Below are positions 54,696 to 64,000 of a stretch of 64,000 nt of DNA, piece after piece. The first letter of the stretch is position 1, and the number at the start of each line of letters is the position of its first letter. The notes under the pieces are model-generated. The model did no database searches. It was not told the origin of the DNA and saw nothing but the letters and a program-made list of their open reading frames with translations. The position numbers were made by a program, and so were the translations under genes. Location: the IMG/VR virus record IMGVR_UViG_3300001533_000699; one strand, written 5' to 3'. Source of the DNA: a virus.

Positions 54696-55409
54696 ATGAA
54701 GTTAATTTTTAGCGTACTAGACCGAACGGACCTATGGCCTCATTTTCAGGCTCATTATCAAGCACAAGGCGTAACTCAGTTTTTGTGTATTACTTATGGT
54801 CCTAAGCTAGACGGCGCAATAATGATTCCCGCCTCTATTTCTAGTCAATCTTTCACAGGTGTAAATGACGCCAACCAACACAATCGAGTTATTCAGCAGT
54901 TTGTGTCTCAAAATGAATGGTGTGTAATAGCAGACCTAGACGAGTTTGCTATAGTTAATGATGGAAGTTCAACATTAATAGACGCATGTACACAAGCACA
55001 AAAACAGCATTATAATGTAATTACTGGTGTAATGCTGGATAGAGTAACACGAGACGGGCACTTCCCTGCTAACTTGGAAGAGAACATATGGCAACAGTTT
55101 CCCATAGGTATGAATGTCACAGGTAGTATAGTTGGTGGGTGCATAGATAAGGTTGTGTGTTTGCAAGGAAATATTAGAGTGGGTGGTGGTCATCACTATC
55201 CACTGCAAAATGCTCATGTGCGTCAATGGCACAAGAAAATAAACGTACATCACTTTAAGTGGTGGGGTACAAACCCAACACAATTCTTTCTTAAACGTAT
55301 TCACGAAGGAAAAGAACAGCCATACACACAGGAACTAAATCGTTTGAATGAATACTTATGTAACAATAACAACCACATCGATGTATGTATAGAGCAAGAT
55401 AATGTCTAA
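54696..55409 (+). CDS. GT-A glycosyltransferase-like protein (GT2/GT92-like)
   Basis: HF..HY...GV, W...ADLDEF, DR, K, G.H, HHFKW. Confidence 0.7.
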   Translation: MKLIFSVLDRTDLWPHFQAHYQAQGVTQFLCITYGPKLDGAIMIPASISSQSFTGVNDANQHNRVIQQFVSQNEWCVIADLDEFAIVNDGSSTLIDACTQAQKQHYNVITGVMLDRVTRDGHFPANLEENIWQQFPIGMNVTGSIVGGCIDKVVCLQGNIRVGGGHHYPLQNAHVRQWHKKINVHHFKWWGTNPTQFFLKRIHEGKEQPYTQELNRLNEYLCNNNNHIDVCIEQDNV

Positions 55410-55704
55410 GGTAAACGTTCGTTTTCTGAGCAACTTTATAACACGTGTCGTTCGCACACAAGTAAATGGCGACGGCAACCTATCAGTAAAGACCATAGAT
55501 AAGCATATTGGTGTGGGTGAAATTTATAGACTGGAACAGTATGAACGTAATGCTGCCGGTAAACTTGACCTACATCTTAGTGATGGTGTTGTAATGCGTA
55601 ATCTAGAGCCAGAGTGTTGTGAAATAATTGATGCTCAAGCCAACGCTGATAAAAAAGCATCTACTAGTGGTGGGTGCGGTTGTGGTGGTACAGGTAAAAA
55701 ATAA
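55402..55704 (+). CDS. hypothetical protein
   Basis: VRFL N-terminus shared with next ORF; C-terminal GGCGCG. Confidence 0.55.
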   Translation: MSKVNVRFLSNFITRVVRTQVNGDGNLSVKTIDKHIGVGEIYRLEQYERNAAGKLDLHLSDGVVMRNLEPECCEIIDAQANADKKASTSGGCGCGGTGKK

Positions 55705-55716
55705 AGGAGATAAAAT

Positions 55717-56046
55717 ATGGGTTCAGTTCGTTTTCTAGATGACATGGAGTTAATTGTTAATAAAGACGGGCAAGATATGCCAGTAAAAATTAACGCTGGA
55801 GATATTTATGGTGCTACTTCAATCACAGTAGACTCAGATGGTTATTCAGACATATCGCTTAAAGACGGTAGGGTTTTTATGGGTGTTCTGTCATCGTTGT
55901 TTGAAAATATGGGTAACAAAGTAAAATGTATATATGTTGAAGAAGTAGAGCCGCCAAACGTTGAAGAGTTTACAAATGAAGACCTTTTGGATTTAAACGC
56001 AGAGGAATATGATGAACCAGATGCAAGTACGTTTAGAGGATATTAA
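55717..56046 (+). CDS. hypothetical protein
   Basis: RBS AAGGAG; resembles 55402. Confidence 0.55.
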   Translation: MGSVRFLDDMELIVNKDGQDMPVKINAGDIYGATSITVDSDGYSDISLKDGRVFMGVLSSLFENMGNKVKCIYVEEVEPPNVEEFTNEDLLDLNAEEYDEPDASTFRGY

Positions 56047-56221
56047 AACTAACACACATCTTTTACAGTTTTACGCAAAAGCTAGCTGTAAAAAATGTCG
56101 TGGTCGTGGCGTGAATGAATTTAGTGTTTCTAGAGGTAAACAGGTTCATAATTATGTGTTGTTATGTGACTGTGTCATCAAAGCAGTACGCCGTGAGGTA
56201 AACGAGTTACAAAATGGGTAG
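56009..56221 (+). CDS. zinc-finger hypothetical protein
   Basis: CKKCRGRG...C.CV. Confidence 0.5.
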   Translation: MMNQMQVRLEDIKTNTHLLQFYAKASCKKCRGRGVNEFSVSRGKQVHNYVLLCDCVIKAVRREVNELQNG

Positions 56222-56268
56222 AACATTTCGTAAAAAAGATAGAGAACAACACCGTAAACAAAGGAAAC

Positions 56269-56826
56269 GTGAAAAACGTCGCACCAAAGATGACAAAACA
56301 AATGAAGAGTGGGGTAAACCACAACGACGCTCCCCAAGAAGTCCGTGAATACATTGCACAGATGTCCCAGTATCATGTTGAAAATCAACGTCCATGCTGG
56401 GATATTACTTTTATGAATATAGCGCATGAAATAGCTAAACGTAGTCCAGATACACAAACGAAAGTTGGAGCAGTAATCGTCAATGCTGCTAAGCATATCA
56501 TTAGTGTTGGGTATAATGGTTGGATGCCTGGCATAGACGATGACGTTATTCCAAATATCCGGCCATATAAACATGACTGGGTCATTCATGCGGAACTCAA
56601 CGCTATTCTAAATTGTGAGCATCGACCTCATAACGCAACACTGTATTGTACGCATCAACCTTGTATTCATTGCTTCAGCGCTATTGTAGTTGCAGGTATC
56701 ACCGAACTGGTGTATATTGATTCTAGCACTACAAATACTCAAGACAAAAAGATTGAGTGGAAAACAGCAAAATACTTAGTTAAGGACAAGATATCAATAC
56801 GTAAATTAGAGTTGGAGAATATATAG
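56269..56826 (+). CDS. dCMP deaminase (start probably 56362)
   Basis: RSPD..TKVGAVIV, GYNG, HAE.NAI, PC..C. Confidence 0.92.
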   Translation: MKNVAPKMTKQMKSGVNHNDAPQEVREYIAQMSQYHVENQRPCWDITFMNIAHEIAKRSPDTQTKVGAVIVNAAKHIISVGYNGWMPGIDDDVIPNIRPYKHDWVIHAELNAILNCEHRPHNATLYCTHQPCIHCFSAIVVAGITELVYIDSSTTNTQDKKIEWKTAKYLVKDKISIRKLELENI

Positions 56827-56827
56827 A

Positions 56828-59281
56828 ATGCCTAGTTATAAAGAAGCGCTGAAGGCTAGTTTAGAATACTTTGATGGTGATGAGTTAGCAGCAAAAGTAT
56901 TTGTAGATAAGTACGCCTTAAGAACAATTGATAATGAATTAGTTGAGCTTACACCTACAGATATGCATAGACGTATAAGTAAGGCATTGTATGATGTTGA
57001 GGTACAGAAGTTTGGACAAGACGCACTGTCTGAACAAACTATTTTTGATGCTTTGGACAAATTTCGGTACATCATTCCGCAAGGCGGCTGTATGTCAGGT
57101 ATCGGTAGTCCTAGCTTTGTCACATTGAGTAATTGCTATGTCGTAGACCCGCCAAAAGACTCTTATGGCGGCATCATGCTCACTGATGAACAAATTGTAC
57201 AGATAAGTAAGAGAAGAGGCGGTTGTGGAACCGATATTTCTAAACTACGACCAAGAGGCGCTGTAACACATAATTCTTCTCGGACAAGTACTGGTCCTGT
57301 GTGTTTCGCTGATAGATTCTCTCATTCTATTAGAGAAGTCGGCCAAAACGGAAGGCGTGGCGCGTTAATGTTAACTATGGATGTACATCATCCAGATATT
57401 CTTGATTTCATTAACAGCAAAACAGACAAAACGCGACTTACTGGTGCTAATCTATCTGTGCGTTTGTCAGACGAATTCCTTTGTGCTGTGCGTGACAATA
57501 CCACATATGAACAAAGATGGCCGGTAGATAGTGATAAGCCACAAATAAGCAGGGAAGTGTGTGCCGCTGATGTGTGGGAGGCGATTACAAAGAATGCTCA
57601 CGAACATGCAGAACCGGGGGTGTTGTTTTGGGATAAGATTCTAAGTGAAAGCCCAGCAGATTGCCATAAGGAATTCAAAACCGAGGGCGTTAACCCATGC
57701 TCAGAACTAAGTTTGTCAATCTTGGATAGTTGTCGTTTGTTGTTGATTAATGCATTTAGTTTTGTTGAAAAGCCATTTAGTAAAAAGCCTGTATTTAATT
57801 GGCGTAAGTTCTATGAATATGCTCGTATGGCCCAGCGTCTCATGGATGACATTATAGACTTGGAGCTTTACTATATTAAACGTATAATTACAAAAATACA
57901 AAACGATGACGAATCATTAGAACTCAAACACCGTGAATTAGATATGTGGTGGCGCGTATACAATAATTGTGAGACTGGTCGTCGTACTGGTACTGGCATC
58001 ACTGCGTTAGCTGATACACTTGCGGCCCTAAACCTACCATACGCATGTAAAAAGTCATTAAAGTTTGTAGACCGCATATACAAAACCTTGAAATTCGGAT
58101 GCTACACTGCATCTATTGACATGGCTAAAACTATCGGCCCATTTGCTGTGTGGAATGCAGAGAATGAAAGTCGGTGTCCATTCTTTTTGCGTTTCGCTGA
58201 AGAAACATGTGATATAGAAGATACTATTATTGATGGTAGTAGTGTAATGGCAGATATGATGAAATACGGCAGACGTAATATTGGGCTTTTAACTAGCTCG
58301 CCTGCTGGCTCAACAAGTCTAGAAACACAGACTTCATCAGCCATAGAGCCAGTATTTGCTTTGTCAACAACTAGACGAAAAAAGGGTAATCCATCAGACG
58401 AAGATTTTCGAGTTGATTTCATAGACGCAAAAGGTGACCACTGGATGGAGTTTACTGTGCTACACCCAAAACTAAAGATGTGGTGTGATATAACAGGCGA
58501 ACAAGATATAACTAAATCTCCATGGAACGGTAGTTGCGCCAAAGACTTAGACTATACATACAGAATTAAACTACAGGCTACTGCTCAACGCCACATAGAC
58601 CATAGTATATCAAGCACAATTAATCTTCCTGCTGATACCACGGTCGAACAAGTACAAAAGATATACATGCTTGCATGGGAACTTGGATGCAAAGGTGTTA
58701 CGGTATATCGTGATGGATGCAGGGATGGCGTTATTTTAGATAAGGTTGCAATTGACAAGCAAAAATCTTGTGGTACAATACAAGATAAGCGACCACGGAT
58801 ATTGCCGTGCGACGTACATCATACTTCTGTACAAGGCCAAAGCTACTTTGTTCTTGTGGGGTTGCTCGACGGGAAACCATATGAGGTTTTTGCTGGAAAA
58901 AACGGATTTATTCCTAGTAAAGTCAAATCAGGAACTATTACTAGAAAACGAAAGAACTTTTATATAGCGCATTTTGATGATACGGATGACGAATTGTCAC
59001 CTATTACTGCCGCAACTACTGAGATGGAAGAAATGATAACTAGGCTTACTTCATTAGGGTTGAGGTATGGCGCGGATATGCACAAGGTTGTGCAACAACT
59101 AGAAAAGGTTGGGGAAAGAAAGGCTATGAATAGCTTTGCTAGGGGTGTAGCTCGCGTATTGAAGAAATACATAGTAGATGGCACATCGGAGAATGAGCAG
59201 TGCCCTGAATGCAAGTCGGATATGATTAGGCAAGAAGGTTGTGTAAAATGCACTAGTTGTGCTTGGACACGATGCTTATAA
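56828..59281 (+). CDS. nrdJ: class II (adenosylcobalamin-dependent) ribonucleotide reductase
   Basis: LSNCYV, GG.GTD.S.LRP.G, GRRGALM, NPCSE, P.GS.S, SISST.N, KG.TVYRDG, C-terminal zinc finger; no nrdB nearby. Confidence 0.93.
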   Translation: MPSYKEALKASLEYFDGDELAAKVFVDKYALRTIDNELVELTPTDMHRRISKALYDVEVQKFGQDALSEQTIFDALDKFRYIIPQGGCMSGIGSPSFVTLSNCYVVDPPKDSYGGIMLTDEQIVQISKRRGGCGTDISKLRPRGAVTHNSSRTSTGPVCFADRFSHSIREVGQNGRRGALMLTMDVHHPDILDFINSKTDKTRLTGANLSVRLSDEFLCAVRDNTTYEQRWPVDSDKPQISREVCAADVWEAITKNAHEHAEPGVLFWDKILSESPADCHKEFKTEGVNPCSELSLSILDSCRLLLINAFSFVEKPFSKKPVFNWRKFYEYARMAQRLMDDIIDLELYYIKRIITKIQNDDESLELKHRELDMWWRVYNNCETGRRTGTGITALADTLAALNLPYACKKSLKFVDRIYKTLKFGCYTASIDMAKTIGPFAVWNAENESRCPFFLRFAEETCDIEDTIIDGSSVMADMMKYGRRNIGLLTSSPAGSTSLETQTSSAIEPVFALSTTRRKKGNPSDEDFRVDFIDAKGDHWMEFTVLHPKLKMWCDITGEQDITKSPWNGSCAKDLDYTYRIKLQATAQRHIDHSISSTINLPADTTVEQVQKIYMLAWELGCKGVTVYRDGCRDGVILDKVAIDKQKSCGTIQDKRPRILPCDVHHTSVQGQSYFVLVGLLDGKPYEVFAGKNGFIPSKVKSGTITRKRKNFYIAHFDDTDDELSPITAATTEMEEMITRLTSLGLRYGADMHKVVQQLEKVGERKAMNSFARGVARVLKKYIVDGTSENEQCPECKSDMIRQEGCVKCTSCAWTRCL

Positions 59282-59576
59282 TCTATTATTTAAGGAAATA
59301 AACACAATGACACACCCATTAGGAACACGTACTGATGAACCAGTTGATGAACAACTACGGGAGTTCACTATCTGGTTGGAAGGCTATCTCATCACCGGTG
59401 GTGGTGGGGGAGCAGTGTTTGAGGGAACATGGAAGGGGAAAGACTTCCGTGATGCTGTGTTGAGAATGGTGAAAGCCAAGGGTCTTGACGACAGCAACTT
59501 CAACGAGGAACGACTTTCATATTGGGGGTGTCGCTACTTCGATAATGAGGCTGACGCCCGCCGGACTTTTGGATAA
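59259..59576 (+). CDS. conserved phage hypothetical protein (start probably 59307)
   Basis: IW.EGY..TG....A......F..A, WGCR.FDNE.DAR..FG. Confidence 0.65.
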   Translation: MLGHDAYNLLFKEINTMTHPLGTRTDEPVDEQLREFTIWLEGYLITGGGGGAVFEGTWKGKDFRDAVLRMVKAKGLDDSNFNEERLSYWGCRYFDNEADARRTFG

Positions 59577-59587
59577 GGATTGAAGCG

Positions 59588-60691
59588 ATGTTTTTAGACA
59601 TGGAAAAGGTGCGACAGTTGGTCGCGGATGGTTACATATCTGTTCGTAAACATCCAAACGCTCCACTATTTATCTACAACTACACACCTAAATGTCAGTA
59701 CGAATGGCACTGGACACCTGAAACAATAGCGTGTCGCGGTCTCATATTAGACGACCGTGATAATGTGGTTGCCCGTCCATTTCCTAAGTTCTTTACGCCA
59801 GACCAATATCGTGACTTACGTAATAACGTACATAATCTCTTTGGTATTTGTTATAAAGACCTTTATCAGGGTGGATTTAAGGTTACTGAGAAGGTAGATG
59901 GCTCAATGGGTGTATTGTATCATTACAACGGAGCTTTGGCTATTGCCTCACGTGGCTCCTTTGAGTCAGAGCAAGCAGTACATGCCACCAAAATACTTCA
60001 AGAAAAATACGGCGAATTTCCTTTTGTTGTAGACCCTGATTGTACCTACATCTTTGAGATAGTGTATCCAGATAATCGTATTGTAGTTGACTATGAAGGA
60101 TTAGACGACATTGTTTTGTTAACAGTATTAAACAATGAAAATGGTGAAGATTTACCAGACCTTGTTCGTCAATGGCAAGACGCTGGTGGGCTAGCCGCAA
60201 AGTCGTATTGCTTTGCGTTTTTTGACAATGTCTTGAATGAGCAGCAAGTAGGCAGGGAAGGGTTCGTTGTGAAGTTTGATAGCGGCCTGCGAGTGAAGGT
60301 CAAGTTTGAAGACTACATACGATTACACCGTATTCTAACTAATATGTCTGCTCGTGATATTTGGGAGCGATTACGCAATAACGAACCGCTTGACGATTTG
60401 CTAGAAGTGGTTCCTGACGAATTCTATAATTGGGTTCGTAAGATTGAACGTGACCTAACAAACAAATATAGAGAGATTGAGCAACATGCACAAGGCGTGA
60501 TTCAACGTGATGTAGTTAAGTGCAACACGCCTCTTACGCGCAAGCAACTAGCTATCAAGCACAAGAACTACCAGTATAAAGGCATCATGTTTAATATGCT
60601 AGACAACAAAGAGTATGCAGACTCAATATGGCGTATTATTCGACCAAAAGCAGAATTACCGTTCTCAACGACTGACGAAAAGGATAGATAA
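59588..60691 (+). CDS. T4 Rnl1-like RNA ligase
   Basis: CRGLI, RPF.KFF, EKVDGS (motif I), A.RGSF, FEI....RIVV.Y, EGFVV, KVK...Y...H. Confidence 0.9.
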   Translation: MFLDMEKVRQLVADGYISVRKHPNAPLFIYNYTPKCQYEWHWTPETIACRGLILDDRDNVVARPFPKFFTPDQYRDLRNNVHNLFGICYKDLYQGGFKVTEKVDGSMGVLYHYNGALAIASRGSFESEQAVHATKILQEKYGEFPFVVDPDCTYIFEIVYPDNRIVVDYEGLDDIVLLTVLNNENGEDLPDLVRQWQDAGGLAAKSYCFAFFDNVLNEQQVGREGFVVKFDSGLRVKVKFEDYIRLHRILTNMSARDIWERLRNNEPLDDLLEVVPDEFYNWVRKIERDLTNKYREIEQHAQGVIQRDVVKCNTPLTRKQLAIKHKNYQYKGIMFNMLDNKEYADSIWRIIRPKAELPFSTTDEKDR

Positions 60692-61095
60692 TGGTACGGC
60701 TTATTGGCGGCATCACAGTGCCTAGAACTAAATTATTGGAGTTCAAGACTCAGGCGTTTAAACAAATGCTCAATGGATTATTGGTCAACACTAAACTTAG
60801 TACTCGTAAGATTAAATATGGGTTAAATCGATACCTAATGTCTAAGGGTATATTGCCTAAAGACGAAAGCATAATGATGTGGTTGCAGGAAAACCCAGGA
60901 GACACTATAGGTCTATTTATGTTTGAAATTCGCCCACACTCTATAGGATTTTTTATTAAGGCGGGTTCTAGCGAAGAACTGAAACGATTAGGAGAACAAT
61001 ATGGTACAGTCAGTAACAATACTAAAAGGATTACCGGCCAGCGGAAAATCGACATGGGCCAAAGAACAGGTGTTGAAAAACCAAGGGCATACTAA
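60691..61095 (+). CDS. hypothetical protein
   Basis: Coupled ORF between ligase and PNK. Confidence 0.5.
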   Translation: MVRLIGGITVPRTKLLEFKTQAFKQMLNGLLVNTKLSTRKIKYGLNRYLMSKGILPKDESIMMWLQENPGDTIGLFMFEIRPHSIGFFIKAGSSEELKRLGEQYGTVSNNTKRITGQRKIDMGQRTGVEKPRAY

Positions 61096-61897
61096 ACGCA
61101 TCAACAAGGATGACTTGCGTTCAATGTTAGACGCTGGAAAGTACAGCAAGGACAATGAAAAGCTTGTCCTACTTCTACGTGATATGCTCATACTTGAAGC
61201 TTTAAGGACGGGTAAGAATGTTATTGTTGATGATACCAACCTAAATCCTCAACACGAAAAAGATATTCGTACGCTTGTAAAGACTCATATCAGTAGACCA
61301 ATACAATTTATAGTCAAAACATTTGATACACATATGGACGAATGCATAGAACGTGATTTGAAGCGTGCAAAATCTGTTGGTGCAGATGTCATAATACAAA
61401 TGGCAAAACGATGGCTTAAACCATACAAGGTATGCATACCGGAATTAAACCACAGCGAAATTATTACATCAAATAAGCCCTTGTGTATAATATATGACTT
61501 AGATGGCACAGCAGCGATTATGGGAGACCGTTCTCCTTATGACGCCAGTAAATGTTATGAAATAGATAGACCAAACTATGCTTTATTAAGCGTGTTATTG
61601 TGTATGACATACGCAGAGAAACCATTTACCTTTATAGCATTATCTGGTCGAAGCAGCAAATATCGCGATACTACTGTGCGTTTTCTAGACACATACGGTT
61701 TTCCGTACAGCGCATTATTTATGCGCCAAGATGAAGATAGTCGTAAAGACGCAGTGGTGAAAAAAGAACTGTACGAAAAACACATACAAGGTAAGTATAA
61801 TGTATTGGTTGTGTTTGATGACCGTGACCAAGTAGTAGATATGTGGCGTAAGGAACTAAACGTACCTTGTTTTCAAGTAAATTATGGAGATTTCTGA
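61001..61897 (+). CDS. pseT: polynucleotide 5'-kinase / 3'-phosphatase (T4 PseT-like)
   Basis: GLPASGKST P-loop, D.LR, DDTN; HAD DLDGT, SGR, R.D...K, DDRDQV. Confidence 0.93.
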   Translation: MVQSVTILKGLPASGKSTWAKEQVLKNQGHTKRINKDDLRSMLDAGKYSKDNEKLVLLLRDMLILEALRTGKNVIVDDTNLNPQHEKDIRTLVKTHISRPIQFIVKTFDTHMDECIERDLKRAKSVGADVIIQMAKRWLKPYKVCIPELNHSEIITSNKPLCIIYDLDGTAAIMGDRSPYDASKCYEIDRPNYALLSVLLCMTYAEKPFTFIALSGRSSKYRDTTVRFLDTYGFPYSALFMRQDEDSRKDAVVKKELYEKHIQGKYNVLVVFDDRDQVVDMWRKELNVPCFQVNYGDF

Positions 61898-62571
61898 TGT
61901 CTGTTCCAAAAGGAACTAGAGTGCTAGTATTAGGCGATGACTATGTTCCTATAAATATCGTGGGATGGAAAAAGGCCATGAAGAGGTTGTTTGAATCGCC
62001 ATGCCAAAAATGCAAACAATACGGACACATAATGTTTAATGGTAGACCTCAAGAATGCAATCGGTGTAAAGGTACGGGTCTATTACCAGCAGCAATTCCA
62101 GTGGAATACTTTAACGAGTGTTATGTAGTGCGCGACGGGCGTGGTAATGAGCATTTAGTACCTGCTGTTATTGCAAACTCTCATCATATTCAGCGTAAAT
62201 ACCGTAAAGTACCATTTTCTAGACATAATGTGTTACGTAGGGATGGGTTTAGATGCCAATATTGTGGTAATAAATTTCCACCACAAGAGCTTTCGTTTGA
62301 CCATGTTATTCCACGTAGCATGTGGAATGGGTCTACTACGCCTACATGTTGGCAAAATATTGTCACTGCATGTTTAAAGTGTAACAGAAAAAAATCGAAC
62401 AGAACACCAGAACAAGCCGGTATGCCATTAATCAAATTGGTGCGTGGCACGTTCGTAGAATACAAAAAACCGAAGGTTCCGAACTCGCATGAGCTTTTGT
62501 TGGGCGTGGCATACAAACATATTCCAGTAGAATGGGAACCATATATTGCATATTTGCGCGATAAGCATTGA
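61867..62571 (+). CDS. HNH endonuclease (McrA-like) with zinc-finger insertion
   Basis: SR.NV..RD...CQYCG, DHV.P.S, W.N.V.AC..CN..K. Confidence 0.9.
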   Translation: MFSSKLWRFLMSVPKGTRVLVLGDDYVPINIVGWKKAMKRLFESPCQKCKQYGHIMFNGRPQECNRCKGTGLLPAAIPVEYFNECYVVRDGRGNEHLVPAVIANSHHIQRKYRKVPFSRHNVLRRDGFRCQYCGNKFPPQELSFDHVIPRSMWNGSTTPTCWQNIVTACLKCNRKKSNRTPEQAGMPLIKLVRGTFVEYKKPKVPNSHELLLGVAYKHIPVEWEPYIAYLRDKH

Positions 62572-62646
62572 TTTTAGTTGCCAAAACATGGTAGTAAAGG
62601 TTATAATGTACTAGCGTTAATTATACCATAATATAAGGACGACACC

Positions 62647-63057
62647 ATGATAACATACGTATATGAATGTACGAATTGCGGCAGTAATATAGAAATACAG
62701 CAAAGCATAAAAGATGATGCGCTAGTCTTATGTCCAGAATGTAATACGAACTCTTTACGAAGAGTGATATTTAATCCAATGTATGTTCGTGTGATACAAG
62801 AACCAACGACCCTTGGACAAATAGCTGAACGCAATGCCAAATCAATGTCTCGGGATGAAAAAAGCTTAAGGCTTGAGGATGACAAAACAAAGAAGACCAT
62901 AAATAGAATACCAGAAGACATGCGTCCCAAAACTGTCGAACCGAAAGATTCTGGCCCACTACCAGATTGGATGGAAAAACCTCGCACAAAGACACATACA
63001 GAAATCAACAAGTTGTCGCCAGAAAATGTCGAGCGATATGTATATACCGGAGACTAA
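62647..63057 (+). CDS. FmdB-family zinc-ribbon protein
   Basis: M.TY.Y.C..CG...E..Q...D.....CP.C....L.R. Confidence 0.8.
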   Translation: MITYVYECTNCGSNIEIQQSIKDDALVLCPECNTNSLRRVIFNPMYVRVIQEPTTLGQIAERNAKSMSRDEKSLRLEDDKTKKTINRIPEDMRPKTVEPKDSGPLPDWMEKPRTKTHTEINKLSPENVERYVYTGD

Positions 63058-63424
63058 AATGCCAGAACATAAAATAACAAAACCAAATAAAACAGAAGTG
63101 GTTGAACGTGTTGCTGAAGTTGTGCCAGATTTGCAGAACGCATGTGAAGCAATAGTAACAACGCAAGTGATTATTTGTGAGCCTATGACTGATGGTACGT
63201 GGCGTCTAATTACATCATTTCAAGACAATTACAATATAGTGCTGGAAGAGCGCGACCCAGATAAAGCACGTAACGAAGTTACCAATAGATTGATGGAGAT
63301 AAAGAAAAAATGGCACAAAAAAGGTTTGATAATAGCGTTAGAGAATTTGCTAAACAAAGAGAGTCAAATATCCAAGATGGCAAACACAACAACATCTCCT
63401 GCTCAGCCTGTGGAGAGTCCTTAG
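63026..63424 (+). CDS. hypothetical protein
   Basis: ORF in continuous run. Confidence 0.45.
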   Translation: MSSDMYIPETKMPEHKITKPNKTEVVERVAEVVPDLQNACEAIVTTQVIICEPMTDGTWRLITSFQDNYNIVLEERDPDKARNEVTNRLMEIKKKWHKKGLIIALENLLNKESQISKMANTTTSPAQPVESP

Positions 63425-63630
63425 TAGAAATATGGGTCATTAGACCAGAGGCTGAGGTCACTACAGACATCATTGTGGAATGCCCATTCTGTGGTGATGC
63501 ATCTTTCCCGGTAAGAATTACTGGACAGTATTGTATAGGCTATGCAGAGGGCAGTAAAGCCAGAATGACCAACATGACAATCGATGGCGACACACTACAA
63601 AAAGTTCGTGTCCATACAGAAATGAGGTAA
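63310..63630 (+). CDS. zinc-ribbon hypothetical protein
   Basis: CSAC...CPFCG. Confidence 0.55.
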   Translation: MAQKRFDNSVREFAKQRESNIQDGKHNNISCSACGESLVEIWVIRPEAEVTTDIIVECPFCGDASFPVRITGQYCIGYAEGSKARMTNMTIDGDTLQKVRVHTEMR

Positions 63631-63632
63631 TT

Positions 63633-64000
63633 ATGAAAGAATTCGCAATTAGAAAAAATGAATCACAACGTAGTGGTTTTGTTGCAACTGTCACAAACTC
63701 CATTGGTTATGGATTAGAAATAGACAAAGACCCTAAGACTGGTACGTTGGGTTTAGTCCCAATTCCTGCTTTTATAGACAATGGATATGGCGGTCACGAT
63801 GATAACCCAGATTGTTACGCTAAAGCTATACAATATGACAATGAAGAAACTTGGGTATACTATTTACGTATGAATTCTATTGGTGACCTATCTGACCCCT
63901 GGGGATTATTTGCGGATAGCGCACAAAACGCTAGGGTTGCCAAACATAAAGGCATTCCTAAATGGTCGTTTAATCGTGTGACAGAAGAACAGTTTCTTGT
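63633..64000 (+). CDS. hypothetical protein (truncated by window end)
   Basis: GAGG RBS; open frame MKEFAIRKNE... to the end of the window. Confidence 0.55.
   Translation, partial: MKEFAIRKNESQRSGFVATVTNSIGYGLEIDKDPKTGTLGLVPIPAFIDNGYGGHDDNPDCYAKAIQYDNEETWVYYLRMNSIGDLSDPWGLFADSAQNARVAKHKGIPKWSFNRVTEEQFL

Noticed and set aside
56828-59281. Intein or intron in the RNR
   Set aside because: The ORF is continuous, of normal NrdJ length, and has no splicing motifs.
751-63703. Minus-strand ORFs and short alternative-frame ORFs in the track (e.g. 13052-13432, 19085-19519, 58102-58542)
   Set aside because: They shadow well-supported + strand genes and lack motifs or RBS.

Overview
This 64-kb window is part of a large dsDNA bacteriophage genome. 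It is AT-rich, densely coded and almost entirely on the + strand, with rIIA/rIIB, ThyX, class II RNR, dUTPase, dCMP deaminase, SSB and two sigma-like factors. No capsid or terminase genes are recognisable here. The SSB and a papain-like protease cluster suggest a Planctomycetota host (inference). RNA and translation functions dominate: about 29 tRNA genes, a tmRNA, a CCA-adding enzyme, two RNA ligases, polynucleotide kinase/phosphatase, an RlmN/Cfr-like radical SAM enzyme and a Ro60/TROVE protein. Two ribosome-rescue genes are broken: a Pth2 with an internal deletion, and a GGQ release-factor-like gene split by an IS200/IS605 TnpB element. A glycosylation island of about 10 kb lies at 33.8-44.3 kb. 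The strongest unexplained signals are: (i) three candidate Y RNAs sharing a Ro-binding-type stem, each fused directly behind a tRNA; (ii) two tandem circularly permuted, anticodon-less tRNA mimics starting at the stop codon of a 244-aa unknown protein that also has a pseudoknotted RNA upstream; (iii) an N73-C-T 3' signal shared by 26 of 29 tRNAs, the tmRNA and all three permuted mimics; (iv) a 13-bp motif (TAAGCAGGGAAGG) dispersed in both orientations; and (v) three MK(I/V)RxGFVSNSS paralogs, two of them near radical SAM genes. All calls come from manual reading and no searches were run.
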